Below, piece by piece: positions 15,805 to 26,200 of a DNA stretch of 64,000 nt. The number at the start of each line of letters is the position of its first letter. Within the stretch, counting starts at the first letter, position 1. A program made the translations under genes and the position numbers. The notes beneath the pieces are model-generated. The model made no database searches. It saw only the letters and a list, made by a program, of their open reading frames with translations, and had not been told where the DNA came from. The DNA comes from an uncultured virus (IMG/VR IMGVR_UViG_3300021387_000281) (Duplodnaviria > Heunggongvirae > Uroviricota > Caudoviricetes > Crassvirales), in IMG/VR virus record IMGVR_UViG_3300021387_000281, one strand, 5' to 3'.

Positions 15805-16860
15805 ATGACGCATACAGAATTTTCAGACCAATTCGATGTTCTTTACAACAACATCACTTCTAATCAGGCCCCAGGCTTGAATGAGTATGAGAAGAGCGTA
15901 TTTCTGACCAAAGCCCAGAATGAGCTTGTGAAGAACTACTTCTCAGCTAATAGTAAGGGTAACAATCTTGGTCAGGGATATGATGACTCTGCTAAGCGCA
16001 GGGCAGACTTTAGTTGTCTGATGAAGACAGCTACATGCAATCAGGTGTACAATCTGAACAGGAAATCTGTATACTCTTTTACCTATAATAACTTCAGTCC
16101 TATTGTCACATTGGATGGCTCAAATAGTATCTATGCTGTCAATAAAGCCAATGAGATAAAGATAGACCCCAGTTCAAACCCAGTGCCTACTGGAGGAAAA
16201 TATGTAGTATCCGGTGTAGACTATAATGAAAACAGGATTGCTGTAAATGCAATGGGTATTACTTTGTGGATTTATGGTATGCTGGATAAGATTAACTATA
16301 CTACTCAGGGGCTTCAGGACAATACTATCAGTATTTCTGTAAAGCAGGTAGATGCCAGTGAGGAGTCATTAAATAAGATAGACCCCAGAAGTACGGTATA
16401 TGAGTTTCCTGATGATGTATTCATCGTCATCAATGAATCTATTAATACAGCTCGTACTATAGGCAGGATTCTTCAAGTAGTTCCTCTGCATTATGATGAC
16501 TATCTCAGATTGATGTCAAAGCCTTTCAAGCGTCCTCTGAAAAATCAGGCATGGAGGCTTAACAGCTCAGGTATTGCCAGCACTACAGGAATATCTAAAT
16601 ATGTGGAAATCATTACTAATTCACGGGATAACATTTATTCTTACACAGTGAGGTACATCCGTAGACCCAAACCTATTATCCTTGGGTCTTTGGATGACCT
16701 TACAATAGAAGGCAAGAATGATGTTTGTGAGTGTGAGTTAGACCCTGTGCTTCATGAAGAAATCCTTCAGAGAGCTGTAGAGCTTGCAAAGGCATCTTGG
16801 ACAGCTACAGGTCAGGATAATGTACAAATTGCCATGACAACAGGTCAAAGGAGTGAGTAA
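15805..16860 (+). CDS. tail ring/adaptor protein, paralogue 1 (with central insertion)
   Basis: Shares EFSD.FD.L.N...EYEKS.FLTKAQ and YIRRP.PII...CEL...LH.EIL..AV with the next two genes. Confidence 0.72.
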   Translation: MTHTEFSDQFDVLYNNITSNQAPGLNEYEKSVFLTKAQNELVKNYFSANSKGNNLGQGYDDSAKRRADFSCLMKTATCNQVYNLNRKSVYSFTYNNFSPIVTLDGSNSIYAVNKANEIKIDPSSNPVPTGGKYVVSGVDYNENRIAVNAMGITLWIYGMLDKINYTTQGLQDNTISISVKQVDASEESLNKIDPRSTVYEFPDDVFIVINESINTARTIGRILQVVPLHYDDYLRLMSKPFKRPLKNQAWRLNSSGIASTTGISKYVEIITNSRDNIYSYTVRYIRRPKPIILGSLDDLTIEGKNDVCECELDPVLHEEILQRAVELAKASWTATGQDNVQIAMTTGQRSE

Positions 16861-16888
16861 GATAGTGTAGAGTTTAAAGTTTAGAGAA

Positions 16889-17653
16889 ATGACGATACAA
16901 GAGTTTTCAGACAGTTTTGACACTTTGCTTAACAGTTATGCCAGCAGGCCAGAGTTTGGTGAACAGGCTTCCAGAGCAGAGATAGTTTTAGATGAGTATG
17001 AAAAGAGTGTTATGCTCACTCAGGCTCAAGACATTGTTGTAAAGAGTTTCTTTGATGGTAAGGGGAATGCAAAAGGTGACGGTTTTGATGACTCTACTGA
17101 GAGGCAGGTTGATTTCAGCAGTCTAATTACTACTGCTACTTTGGAGAAGAGTGAAGACCAATCAAGCACCTTTGATGACAGAGGTATTATCTTTGATATG
17201 CCAGTCAGAGGCTGCGGTGCTACTGATGTTCTGTTCATTCTGAATGAAAGACTGATTACTACAATCGGCAATTTTAAGAAGAGCTATGTAGTGATTCCTA
17301 TTAACTACAAAGAGTATGACAGGGAGATGAGCAAACCTTACAGCCAGCCTTTGAAGAAGCAGGCTTGGAGACTATTCCAGAATCCTTCTACTTGCTTTGA
17401 TTTCAAGAGTGAGCTTATACCCAGATGGAATCTTGAGAATACGGAGACCATTTCTTCTTATAAGATAAGGTATATCAGAAGGCCGAGGCCCATAGTTCTT
17501 ACAGACCTTCCAGATGATTTGGAGATAGATGGATTTGCCCATGAACAGGATTGTGAACTAAATCCCATTCTCCATCCAGAGATACTTCAAAAAGCTGTGG
17601 AGCTTGCTTATGCTTCAAGGGGTGTAAGGCCCACTTCAAATGGTAATAATTAA
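16889..17653 (+). CDS. tail ring/adaptor protein, paralogue 2
   Basis: EFSDSFDTLLN...LDEYEKSVMLTQAQ...YIRRPRPIVL...CELNPILHPEILQKAV. Confidence 0.72.
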   Translation: MTIQEFSDSFDTLLNSYASRPEFGEQASRAEIVLDEYEKSVMLTQAQDIVVKSFFDGKGNAKGDGFDDSTERQVDFSSLITTATLEKSEDQSSTFDDRGIIFDMPVRGCGATDVLFILNERLITTIGNFKKSYVVIPINYKEYDREMSKPYSQPLKKQAWRLFQNPSTCFDFKSELIPRWNLENTETISSYKIRYIRRPRPIVLTDLPDDLEIDGFAHEQDCELNPILHPEILQKAVELAYASRGVRPTSNGNN

Positions 17654-17668
17654 AAAGGAGGATAACAG

Positions 17669-18406
17669 ATGAGGTTGGATGAATTCAGCAATGAGTTTGA
17701 TATTCTGGTGAACAGTTATCGAAGGATAAAATCCTTTGATGGCAGAGAAGCATTGGATAGCATTGAATTCAATGAGTACGAGAAATCTCTTTTTCTTACA
17801 AAAGCTCAAGAGGAAATTGTCATCAGTTATTACAATGGCAAGAATACCAATGATGAGTCTTTTGAGAGTACAGAAGAGATGAGAAGATACCTGTCAAAAC
17901 TCTTACTGGATGATAAACTTACTCCAATTACAACAGTATCAGGCTATCCTCTTGGAGTAGAAAGTAATTCAAAATTCTTTACTCTTCCAGAACATTTGTG
18001 GTTTATCACTTATGAAGCTGTGAAGGTAACAGATAATGATTGCGAGAATACTTCCACAATGGAAGTAATTCCTGTAACTCATGATGAGTATCACAGAATA
18101 AAGAGTAACCCTTTCAGGGGAGCTAATAAACACAGGGCCTTGAGATTGGATTTATCAGAAGGAGTAACTGAGATAGTATGTAAATACCCTGTAGAGTATT
18201 ACTATATCAGATATATCAGGAGACCCAATCCCATTATTCTTGTAGACCTTCCTGATGGTTTGACTATAGATAATATAGGAATACGTACACCTTGTGAGCT
18301 TCATGATGCTTTGCACAGAAGAATTCTGGAGCTTGCAGTGAGAGAAGCCCTTCAGAGTAAAGGGGTTGCAATAAGAGAAGAAAATAGAGATAATACAAAT
18401 AGATAA
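17669..18406 (+). CDS. tail ring/adaptor protein, paralogue 3
   Basis: EFSNEFDILVN...FNEYEKSLFLTKAQ...YIRRPNPIIL...CELHDALHRRILELAV. Confidence 0.72.
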   Translation: MRLDEFSNEFDILVNSYRRIKSFDGREALDSIEFNEYEKSLFLTKAQEEIVISYYNGKNTNDESFESTEEMRRYLSKLLLDDKLTPITTVSGYPLGVESNSKFFTLPEHLWFITYEAVKVTDNDCENTSTMEVIPVTHDEYHRIKSNPFRGANKHRALRLDLSEGVTEIVCKYPVEYYYIRYIRRPNPIILVDLPDGLTIDNIGIRTPCELHDALHRRILELAVREALQSKGVAIREENRDNTNR

Positions 18407-18462
18407 CCGCCCTTAGAAGGCATAGGCTGATGGGGCAATGTTGAATTTAAATTTTTAATATC

Positions 18463-19521
18463 ATGTTTACGGAAAATCAAGTAAGACAGTTTTATGTTGC
18501 TAACAGTGTAGCTGCTCCTGCTATTGATGCTGCAGGTACTGTAGTAGCTACCGATGCTGCTGGTAAGGCACAGCTTGTTACTAAGGGTGATGATGCTTAT
18601 TTCCTGTACAGCGGTTCTATCCAGGGTGACCTTCAGAGGAGTGACCTTTTCAAGAAGTGCAATGTGGTGGATGTTCGTATGACAGATGCTGCAGACCTCG
18701 TTCACAAGATGAAGAAGGTGGAGGTTACTCTTGCTTCTTTGAATGGTAGTAATGCTCCTATTGTGGGTCAGGACTATATTCTGAATGTAGCCATTCATGA
18801 TTATGTGTCTATGGATTACAACACCACGAAGGTTAAGTATGGTGTAGCCCGTGCTACAACCACTACTGCTTCTGACCTCTACAAGGCTATTGCAGTTAGT
18901 CTGGCCAAGAACTTCAAGCGTGAGCCTGTGAAGCTTATCAAGGTGTTTCTGAAAGGCATTAATGGTGAGGTTGATGGCTCTAAGAAGGCTTCTGAGATTA
19001 CTGGTACTGCTACTGCTATTGTTATTGAGGAAGCCGAGCAGCCTTGGCGTAGAGGTGCAGCTCCTCAGGAGTTTGTTAACTTTGAGGTTAATCCTTCTAC
19101 TGTTTATGTGCAGGCTTTGAATGATGACCTTGTTTGGGGCACTGTAACTGATGTTACTGCTTCCAATACTAATGTTCTTCCCAACTCTAAGAAGGTTGCA
19201 GATATGGAGTGGTTCTTCCACAAAGAGAGAGGTGACAAGTATGGTGAGATGTGCTGGCCTTGGAATGTGGATACCGTCTATATGGTTGATCCTGCCAATG
19301 CAAATGGTTATAGCTTTGTTGACATTCACTTCTACTTTGAGGGCAATAGCCACAATGTAGGCAAGAGTGAAAAGACTCTTACTATTGTTGGTACTAAGGC
19401 TAACCTGAAGACTCTTGTGGGCTCTGCTGCTACTACTGGTGAGAGTGCTACTGCAGCCACTGGTCTCTTTAAGTTCCTTGAAGGTTCCAATGCTAAGGTG
19501 GTACTGTCGAAGAGCTGGTAA
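18463..19521 (+). CDS. abundant virion protein, probably an auxiliary capsid protein
   Basis: 352 aa, starts MFTENQVRQFYV, Ala/Thr/Val-rich, codon bias like the capsid gene, own terminator. Confidence 0.6.
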   Translation: MFTENQVRQFYVANSVAAPAIDAAGTVVATDAAGKAQLVTKGDDAYFLYSGSIQGDLQRSDLFKKCNVVDVRMTDAADLVHKMKKVEVTLASLNGSNAPIVGQDYILNVAIHDYVSMDYNTTKVKYGVARATTTTASDLYKAIAVSLAKNFKREPVKLIKVFLKGINGEVDGSKKASEITGTATAIVIEEAEQPWRRGAAPQEFVNFEVNPSTVYVQALNDDLVWGTVTDVTASNTNVLPNSKKVADMEWFFHKERGDKYGEMCWPWNVDTVYMVDPANANGYSFVDIHFYFEGNSHNVGKSEKTLTIVGTKANLKTLVGSAATTGESATAATGLFKFLEGSNAKVVLSKSW

Positions 19522-19551
19522 TTGAAATAAGATTTTTTCATTGTTGTCATG

Positions 19552-19586
19552 GGGGATGAGGGTGATAATCCCTTATCCCCTTTTTT
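19552..19586 (+). terminator. intrinsic terminator
   Basis: GGGGATGAGGG-TGATAAT-CCCTTATCCCC hairpin plus T run. Confidence 0.85.
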
Positions 19587-19633
19587 CAAGTAGCTAAATA
19601 GCTACAAACACTACTACTTAAAGGAAATACGAG

Positions 19634-20272
19634 ATGGTTATATTTGATCAGTTAAGAATATCAGATGATGGTAGAAAGCTATACATTAATGTGCGTGTGA
19701 ATGGTGCAGATTACTTTGAACATGTGTATTTGGATACCATCACTGTGATGACCCATGATAAGGTTACAGAGGCCACCTATGCAGGTTCTCCTACAGATGA
19801 GTACATCTACAAAAAGACATTCGGCACCAATGTAAAGAGTGCAGACATAGTTATAGATAAAGGTGTCCTTGATGCTGCTTACAGCCATTTAAGTACTGAT
19901 GGTAGTACAGCAACCCTTGCTTACGATAAGAGCAGTTTCAGCAGTGATTTGCTTTTTGTATATGTGAAGGTAAAAGGAGAGCCTGATGAATGTACTCCTT
20001 GCTCATTGGATAAAGAGACTACTGTCGGTGTAACCTTTGATGACAAGTTACTGCACCAGAAAGTTCTTGATTACACCAGAGAACTTGCAGATGATTGCAC
20101 TGTTCCTACAGGTTTCACTGATTTCATTTTACTATGGAATGCCTTTAAGTCTTCTGTAGAGACAGAACACTTTGTGCCTGCCATCAAGTATTGGAAGCTA
20201 CTGTTTGATATGAAAGGTAGCAATACGATTGCTACATACAGAACAACTAAACCTTGTGGATGTCATGAATGA
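19634..20272 (+). CDS. probable tail structural protein (Cys-containing)
   Basis: 212-aa ORF in the tail cluster; CTPC and C-terminal CGC. Confidence 0.6.
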   Translation: MVIFDQLRISDDGRKLYINVRVNGADYFEHVYLDTITVMTHDKVTEATYAGSPTDEYIYKKTFGTNVKSADIVIDKGVLDAAYSHLSTDGSTATLAYDKSSFSSDLLFVYVKVKGEPDECTPCSLDKETTVGVTFDDKLLHQKVLDYTRELADDCTVPTGFTDFILLWNAFKSSVETEHFVPAIKYWKLLFDMKGSNTIATYRTTKPCGCHE

Positions 20273-20657
20273 AATGGTTTATGATTCCCTGTCACACTAT
20301 TATGCAGTGCTTCAAAAAACAGGCTACTATAAGTATGCTGACCTACAGAAGCTACTGGTGCTGATATTCTACAAAGATTATATTTTCAATGACTACCGAG
20401 GGTTACTCAGTATGGATGACTACAGACTTGTTGAGAGGGCCCTTGATTGTTTGTATGGTTCAACATGTTTAATACCTTATCCAGATTATTTGAAGATGGG
20501 CAAACTACATTTAGGAGAGATTACAGAAGTGGCACAGCGAGTTAAGACAATAGAAGACACTAATGTGCTGAAGTTGATTCATGACCTTGACAGTGCTGAA
20601 GGTACAATAGATTCAGATGTCATTGTAGTGGCTGAAGAAACAGGTAATACTAAGTAA
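20265..20657 (+). CDS. probable tail structural protein
   Basis: Probable start MNEMV at 20265, overlapping the previous stop; CLYGSTCLIPY. Confidence 0.6.
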   Translation: MNEMVYDSLSHYYAVLQKTGYYKYADLQKLLVLIFYKDYIFNDYRGLLSMDDYRLVERALDCLYGSTCLIPYPDYLKMGKLHLGEITEVAQRVKTIEDTNVLKLIHDLDSAEGTIDSDVIVVAEETGNTK

Positions 20658-20680
20658 TAACTTTTTAATATATAAAGCGT

Positions 20681-21004
20681 ATGAAGAATTTTCTTATGAG
20701 AGTATGGGGTGCTGTTGATGCATTGTGCTCTACTTTTTTGGTAATGTGTGATAACAAGTGGTTTGCAGGATTGATTGCTTTGATGGTTTCTTTTGCTGCC
20801 TTCTGTGGTGCAGACCCTATTGAAGGAGTTCCTGTAATCAATGCTTGCTGTCTTGCTTTCCTTGCAGGCTTCCTTATGTTGGCTTTGCTGCTTGCAGGTT
20901 CTTCTATTGTGCTTCGTCAGGCATATAACCTGAAGACTCTCGGATACAGTGTAGCAGGAGCAGTAATTGGTACTCTGCTGGCTTATCTCTTCACCCTGAT
21001 TTAA
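20681..21004 (+). CDS. small membrane protein
   Basis: 107 aa, 3-4 hydrophobic segments. Confidence 0.65.
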   Translation: MKNFLMRVWGAVDALCSTFLVMCDNKWFAGLIALMVSFAAFCGADPIEGVPVINACCLAFLAGFLMLALLLAGSSIVLRQAYNLKTLGYSVAGAVIGTLLAYLFTLI

Positions 21005-21015
21005 TCATATCACAC

Positions 21016-21318
21016 ATGAGAGACAAGCTTGACGAGTTGTTATTAGTATTGACAAGCTGGGGCTGCGACAGGTGGGTACACCTTGTAGCCTCACTTGTCA
21101 TTGCTTTATTGACAGCTATACTAATCATCATTGCCTCTGCTGCCACCCAGTGTTTTGTAGAACATTCTGTAGTTGGAATCATCAGTGTGTTAGTGACAGC
21201 TGCCATCGGTTTGCTGAAAGAACTCTACGATAAGAAAACTATAGGTCTATTTGATGTGGACGATCTTGCTGCAGACTTTATTGGTGCAGCTTTGTTTTTT
21301 GCAACATTCAGTCTTTAA
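21016..21318 (+). CDS. small membrane protein (VanZ-like pattern)
   Basis: DRWVHLVAS...GLLKELYD...DLAADFIG pattern with 3 TM segments. Confidence 0.6.
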   Translation: MRDKLDELLLVLTSWGCDRWVHLVASLVIALLTAILIIIASAATQCFVEHSVVGIISVLVTAAIGLLKELYDKKTIGLFDVDDLAADFIGAALFFATFSL

Positions 21319-21331
21319 ATTATAAAATAAG

Positions 21332-22027
21332 ATGAAGGTAAAGGAAATAATATATATGGTGCTTGATGAGCTGCATCAGTACAGTGATGACAGTAATATC
21401 ACTGAGGAACATATTATCTTTCTTGCTGGCAGGTACAGGAGTTTTCTACTGAAACAAAGATATTTGTCAGACTTAAAGAAGGAGATTCCAGAGAGTAACT
21501 ATCAGACATTGTGTCTGCAGCTTGAAAAGAAAGAAGCCATTGATGGTTTGCCTTGTGAGGGAGGCTATTATATCAGAACAACAGAGAAGATTCCAACAAC
21601 CCTTCCTATAGGTAATGTACGTCTTACTACTACAGGCAACTATTACAGCAGTGAGATTACCTATGTGAGCAGAGACAGGATGAAATATGTTGGCAATAAT
21701 TCCTGGATGAAAAACATCATCTATGCTTCACTTGACCCCAGTGGTAGAATATATATGACTTCTCAGAACCCCCAGTTCCTTTACCTCGATGGCGGAGAAC
21801 TTCAGGTGACAGGAATATTTGAGGATGCAGAAGAAGCTTCAGAATATGAGTGTGATAACAAAGAGGAAGGCAAATGTGACATCATGGAAAGAAAATTTCC
21901 TATTGAAGATGCCCTTGTAGCCCCCCTTATTGAATTGATAGTGAAAGAGCTCAGTCCCTCAGTGACAGCCCCAGAGGATGAGGTAAATGATGCAAGTGAT
22001 AACCTTACACAGAAAGCAAGAGGATGA
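21332..22027 (+). CDS. tail ring-type structural protein
   Basis: 231 aa; position upstream of the IHF-like, tail tube and muzzle genes typical of crAss-like phages. Confidence 0.55.
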   Translation: MKVKEIIYMVLDELHQYSDDSNITEEHIIFLAGRYRSFLLKQRYLSDLKKEIPESNYQTLCLQLEKKEAIDGLPCEGGYYIRTTEKIPTTLPIGNVRLTTTGNYYSSEITYVSRDRMKYVGNNSWMKNIIYASLDPSGRIYMTSQNPQFLYLDGGELQVTGIFEDAEEASEYECDNKEEGKCDIMERKFPIEDALVAPLIELIVKELSPSVTAPEDEVNDASDNLTQKARG

Positions 22028-22554
22028 GCTACCACGAGTTTCTGAATACATTGCAAAAGAGAGGAAGTAAACCCCACAAGCTAACACACTGTCTCGGAGT
22101 AAGAGATGCTTGGAAATGGGTGAGAAAGAACAAATGGAAAGCTCTGAAAGGAAACAAGTGTTCTTCTGCAGACTATGGGGCTGTAATCAATGAAGTGAAT
22201 AAGATACTTATTGACAGGCTTTTAGAAGGGCATTCAATAGTATTGCCTCATCAAATGGGGACATTGAAGCTTACAGCTGTCAATACCAAAATATCTTACA
22301 AAGATGGAAAGTTGCAGACTAACTACAGGACAGACTGGAAGAAAACTCTTGAATACTGGTATGAAGATAATGAGGCTTATAAGGAGAAAAAGAGAATAAA
22401 AAGAATACAGAAGCTGTTATATTCTATCAAATACATCAAGAACTCAGCCAGATATAAGAATCAGATGTTCTATCAGTTCAGAGTGAACAGAGGACTTGTA
22501 AGAACTCTCGGCAACAAGATAGAGAATGAGAAGTTGAATGCTTTAATTTATTGA
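22024..22554 (+). CDS. IHF/HU-like DNA-binding protein
   Basis: Basic 176 aa with LLEGHSIVLPHQMGTL (HU/IHF-like) and DWKKT, upstream of the tail tubular gene. Confidence 0.65.
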   Translation: MSYHEFLNTLQKRGSKPHKLTHCLGVRDAWKWVRKNKWKALKGNKCSSADYGAVINEVNKILIDRLLEGHSIVLPHQMGTLKLTAVNTKISYKDGKLQTNYRTDWKKTLEYWYEDNEAYKEKKRIKRIQKLLYSIKYIKNSARYKNQMFYQFRVNRGLVRTLGNKIENEKLNALIY

Positions 22555-22556
22555 GT

Positions 22557-23252
22557 ATGTTTAAAGAGATTAGATACATTAATATCAGAGAAGTACTTTC
22601 AAGAGTACTCAGGCATCCGCTGCTTCAAGAAGTAACTCTTGAGCAAGCCATTCAGTACACCATAGATTTTATAGGTACTTTTGGGCTTCCCAAGTTCTAT
22701 CAGGACAAAGAAGCAGACATTGAGATAGAAGACTACATGGGTCAGTTGCCCTGCGATTTAATATCCATCAACATGGTGAAGGATTGCAAGACCAATATAC
22801 CTTTAAGGTCTATGACATCAGAGTTTAATCCTGGAGGGAAGTATTACAGGGACATTAAGCATGAGCCCCAATTCAAAACCCAAGGAAGGACTATTATCAC
22901 TTCTTTCAAATGTGGAAACATACATATCAGCTACAAAGCAATTCCTGTAGATGATGAAGGTCTTCCCCTGCTGATAGATAATCCTAAGTATCTAAAAGCT
23001 CTTGAGCAGTATATCAAGTGTCAGGCATTCACTATTCTTTATGATATGGGTAAGATTACTGGTCAAGTGCTTAATCATACAGAACAAGAATATGCTTGGG
23101 CAGCAGGCCAGCTTACAGAAGAATTCAACACTCTTAGTATGGCTGAGATGGAGAGCGTAACCAATATGTTAAATCAGCTCATTGTAAGGAATGACGAGTT
23201 TATCAGGAGATTTGATAGGCTTGGTAACAAGGAGTTTAATAAAATTCATTAA
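22557..23252 (+). CDS. tail tubular (ring) protein
   Basis: LPCDL...SYKAIPVDDEGLPLL motif, directly upstream of the stabilisation protein. Confidence 0.7.
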   Translation: MFKEIRYINIREVLSRVLRHPLLQEVTLEQAIQYTIDFIGTFGLPKFYQDKEADIEIEDYMGQLPCDLISINMVKDCKTNIPLRSMTSEFNPGGKYYRDIKHEPQFKTQGRTIITSFKCGNIHISYKAIPVDDEGLPLLIDNPKYLKALEQYIKCQAFTILYDMGKITGQVLNHTEQEYAWAAGQLTEEFNTLSMAEMESVTNMLNQLIVRNDEFIRRFDRLGNKEFNKIH

Positions 23253-23254
23253 TT

Positions 23255-26200
23255 ATGTTACAGAGAAATGAGCATCATACCTTCACAGGTATGCAGAAAG
23301 ACTTAGCAATTTCAAAGCATCCTTCAAAATATCTTGTTGATGCCAGGAATATCAGACTAACTCAGAGAGAAGATGGTAGCACTTTATTGGCTATTACTAA
23401 TGAAAAAGGTACAAAGGATACTGAATTAGAGATTGAAGGCATGTATCTTGGGCATTGCATACTCAATGAATTTCTAGTAATCTTTAGTACAAATACTTAC
23501 GAAGGTGTAGACTATATTGATAGAATTAATTTAAGTACTCTTGAAAAAGTATCTCTCTATGCTGGTAGTCTTAACTTCTCAGTTGCTAACCCTATAGAAG
23601 CTATTGGCTCTTACGAAAATAAAGATGTTCAAAAAGTATATTGGACTGATGGACTCAATCAACCCAGAGTTATAAATATCATGGATACTAATGAGCCTCC
23701 TACAAATACCTACTTTGACTTTGTTAATACCTTAAAGCTTGAGGAGAAAGTTTCCATTCAAAAAATATTAGGAGCTAATGGAATGTTCCCTTCGGGAGTA
23801 ATTCAATATGCCTTTACCTATTATAATAAATATGGTCAAGAAAGTAGTATTTTTTATACTACTCCACTGCTATATGTATCTTTCATAGATAGAGGAGGAA
23901 ATCCAGAAGAAAAAATAAGTAATGCATTTAGCATTAAAGTTGAAAAACTTGATACTAATTTTGATTATCTCCGTATATACTCAATACAAAGAACCAGTAT
24001 TAATGGAACACCTATTGTAAAAAGAGTACAAGATGTTTCTATAGACAGTGCTTCTTATATAGACAATAATGATTACACAAAGGGCAAATATATAACATTT
24101 ATTGATACAGGTACTGAAGGAAATACTGTTGATCCTACAGAACTTATATATAAAGGAGGAGAATGCATTAAAGCAGAAACTATTGAACAAAAAGATGGTA
24201 CGCTGTTCCTAGGAAATATAAGCATTGCAAGAGATAGTCTTAAAGAAGAGGGCTTTGAAAACACTATAGTAAACAATATTAATATAATATCAGCAACAAG
24301 AAAATTTAAAGTAAATAACACTTCTTCGGGAGCATATACTTATGGAAGTCAGCTGTCTGCTCTTCAGGTTGTTACTGAATCAGGGAATGATACTATCACT
24401 AATAATAGTGTTCCATGTGGAGGATTTAAACACGGAAACTACTATAGATTAGGTATTCAATTTCAACATGAGTCTGGTAAATGGAGTGATCCTATTCCAT
24501 ACGATGATGTTCTTCAAGAGGAATTTCCAGGAATAGATAATGCTAATGGAATAGTAACTGTGCCTACTTTTGATGCCGAATTTAGTGAAGATAATAATCA
24601 TACTATACAATCACTAATTGATAAAGGGTATAAAAAAGTAAGAGGTGTAGTAGTTTTTCCAGAACCTAAGGATAGAGTGGTAGTATGTCAAGGAGTTACC
24701 AATCCAACACTGAGAACTCCAAATAATACACATCACCAATCTTCTTGGTTTTTTAGACCTCTGTTGGATAACTATGAGTCGCAAGATAATATAACTGCAT
24801 CACCTAAGGGAATTTTAAGTACTGAGTTGGATTATCTCAACAAAGGCGATGCTAACTATGATAAAGCTCTAACACGTAATGTAGAAATACAAGGTAGTTA
24901 TAGTACTGAAGACAAATTTGAAATTAAGTATAAAGTAATGACATTGCATACTCCTGATGCAGTGTTTAGTGAAGATTTTTTGAACTACGATTTTACAGGA
25001 ACAAAATGTAAAAAAGTAGGAAACATTTCATTTCAAGGAACACTTTCTGATATTGATATTCAAACAGAGACTCCTACTGCAAGTATTTCTGGTAATGGGT
25101 TTGTACATCCTATTTTAAGTACAGGCGGAAATAACGGCTCTTTTGGTATTATATCAGGAGTATTTTATGATGACTTTGTTATTGATGACCATAATAATGT
25201 TTATGAACCATATATTCGTGAAAGAAGTTCTGTAAAATGGTTAGTGTATGCTTGGAATAAATCAGGCTCTTTGAATAATGACTTTAATAGGGCAGAAGGT
25301 GATGGAACAAGGACTGCTGTTCTGAAGAAAAAAGTAATCTCTAATCTTAGATATGCAATTACTGAATGGGATAGTATTTCTGAGGAAACTGAAGTAATTT
25401 CAGATTTTACACCTGCATTATTTAGTAGTGATCAACTCAACTTGTTAAAGTTGGGAGCTTACTCCTATCTTGGTAATATTGATACATTACTCACACCAGA
25501 AAAAGCTGACGGAATGTACTTCGCCTTTAATGATGGTGGTGATACCAGCAATGTGAAAAAAAGAGATGTAGTAACAGAACTTACTGAAGATGTTCTGTGG
25601 AAAACATACTCAACTAACGATGATGCAAATGGAGATGCTGCTGATGAGGGACTTTGGAAATATGTAAATAACAGTTGGGAAAGAGTAAACACAGACATTG
25701 GAGATAAGATGGCTAATCTTGTTCAAAGTAAAGAGTCTGTAAGAATGAAATACAAGTCAACTCCCCATTTAATTATTGATGGAGAATCCATTCAATATGA
25801 AACAGGTTTACCTGTAGTAGAAGTTCAAATTCCTGGAGATAATAGTAGTAGTTTTTACAGAAACACTATGTTTGGAGGAAAAAGACCAGACGCATTTAAA
25901 GAAAATGTGTGGCTTCCTTGTGGTGAACCTGTAAGCTTGGCAGAGAGTAATAACACAGCAAAAAGCACAGTCTTATTTAGTTATTCTTATGGAGATACCT
26001 ATTATCAAAGGTGGGATTGCCTGAAGACCTATGCTTTCACTCCTGAGGATATTAATCAGGTGGTGGAGATTGGTTCCTTCATGCTTGAAACGTATGTGAA
26101 TATTGATGGTAGATATGATAGGAATAGGGGGCAGCTGAGTAACTTGAATATGAGTCCTCAGAACTTCAATCTTCTGAATCCAGTGTATAGTCAGTTGAAT

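Noticed and set aside
18352..19353. 333-aa antisense ORF over the auxiliary capsid gene
   Set aside because: Same shadow-frame effect; Ser/Ile/Thr-rich translation without motifs.
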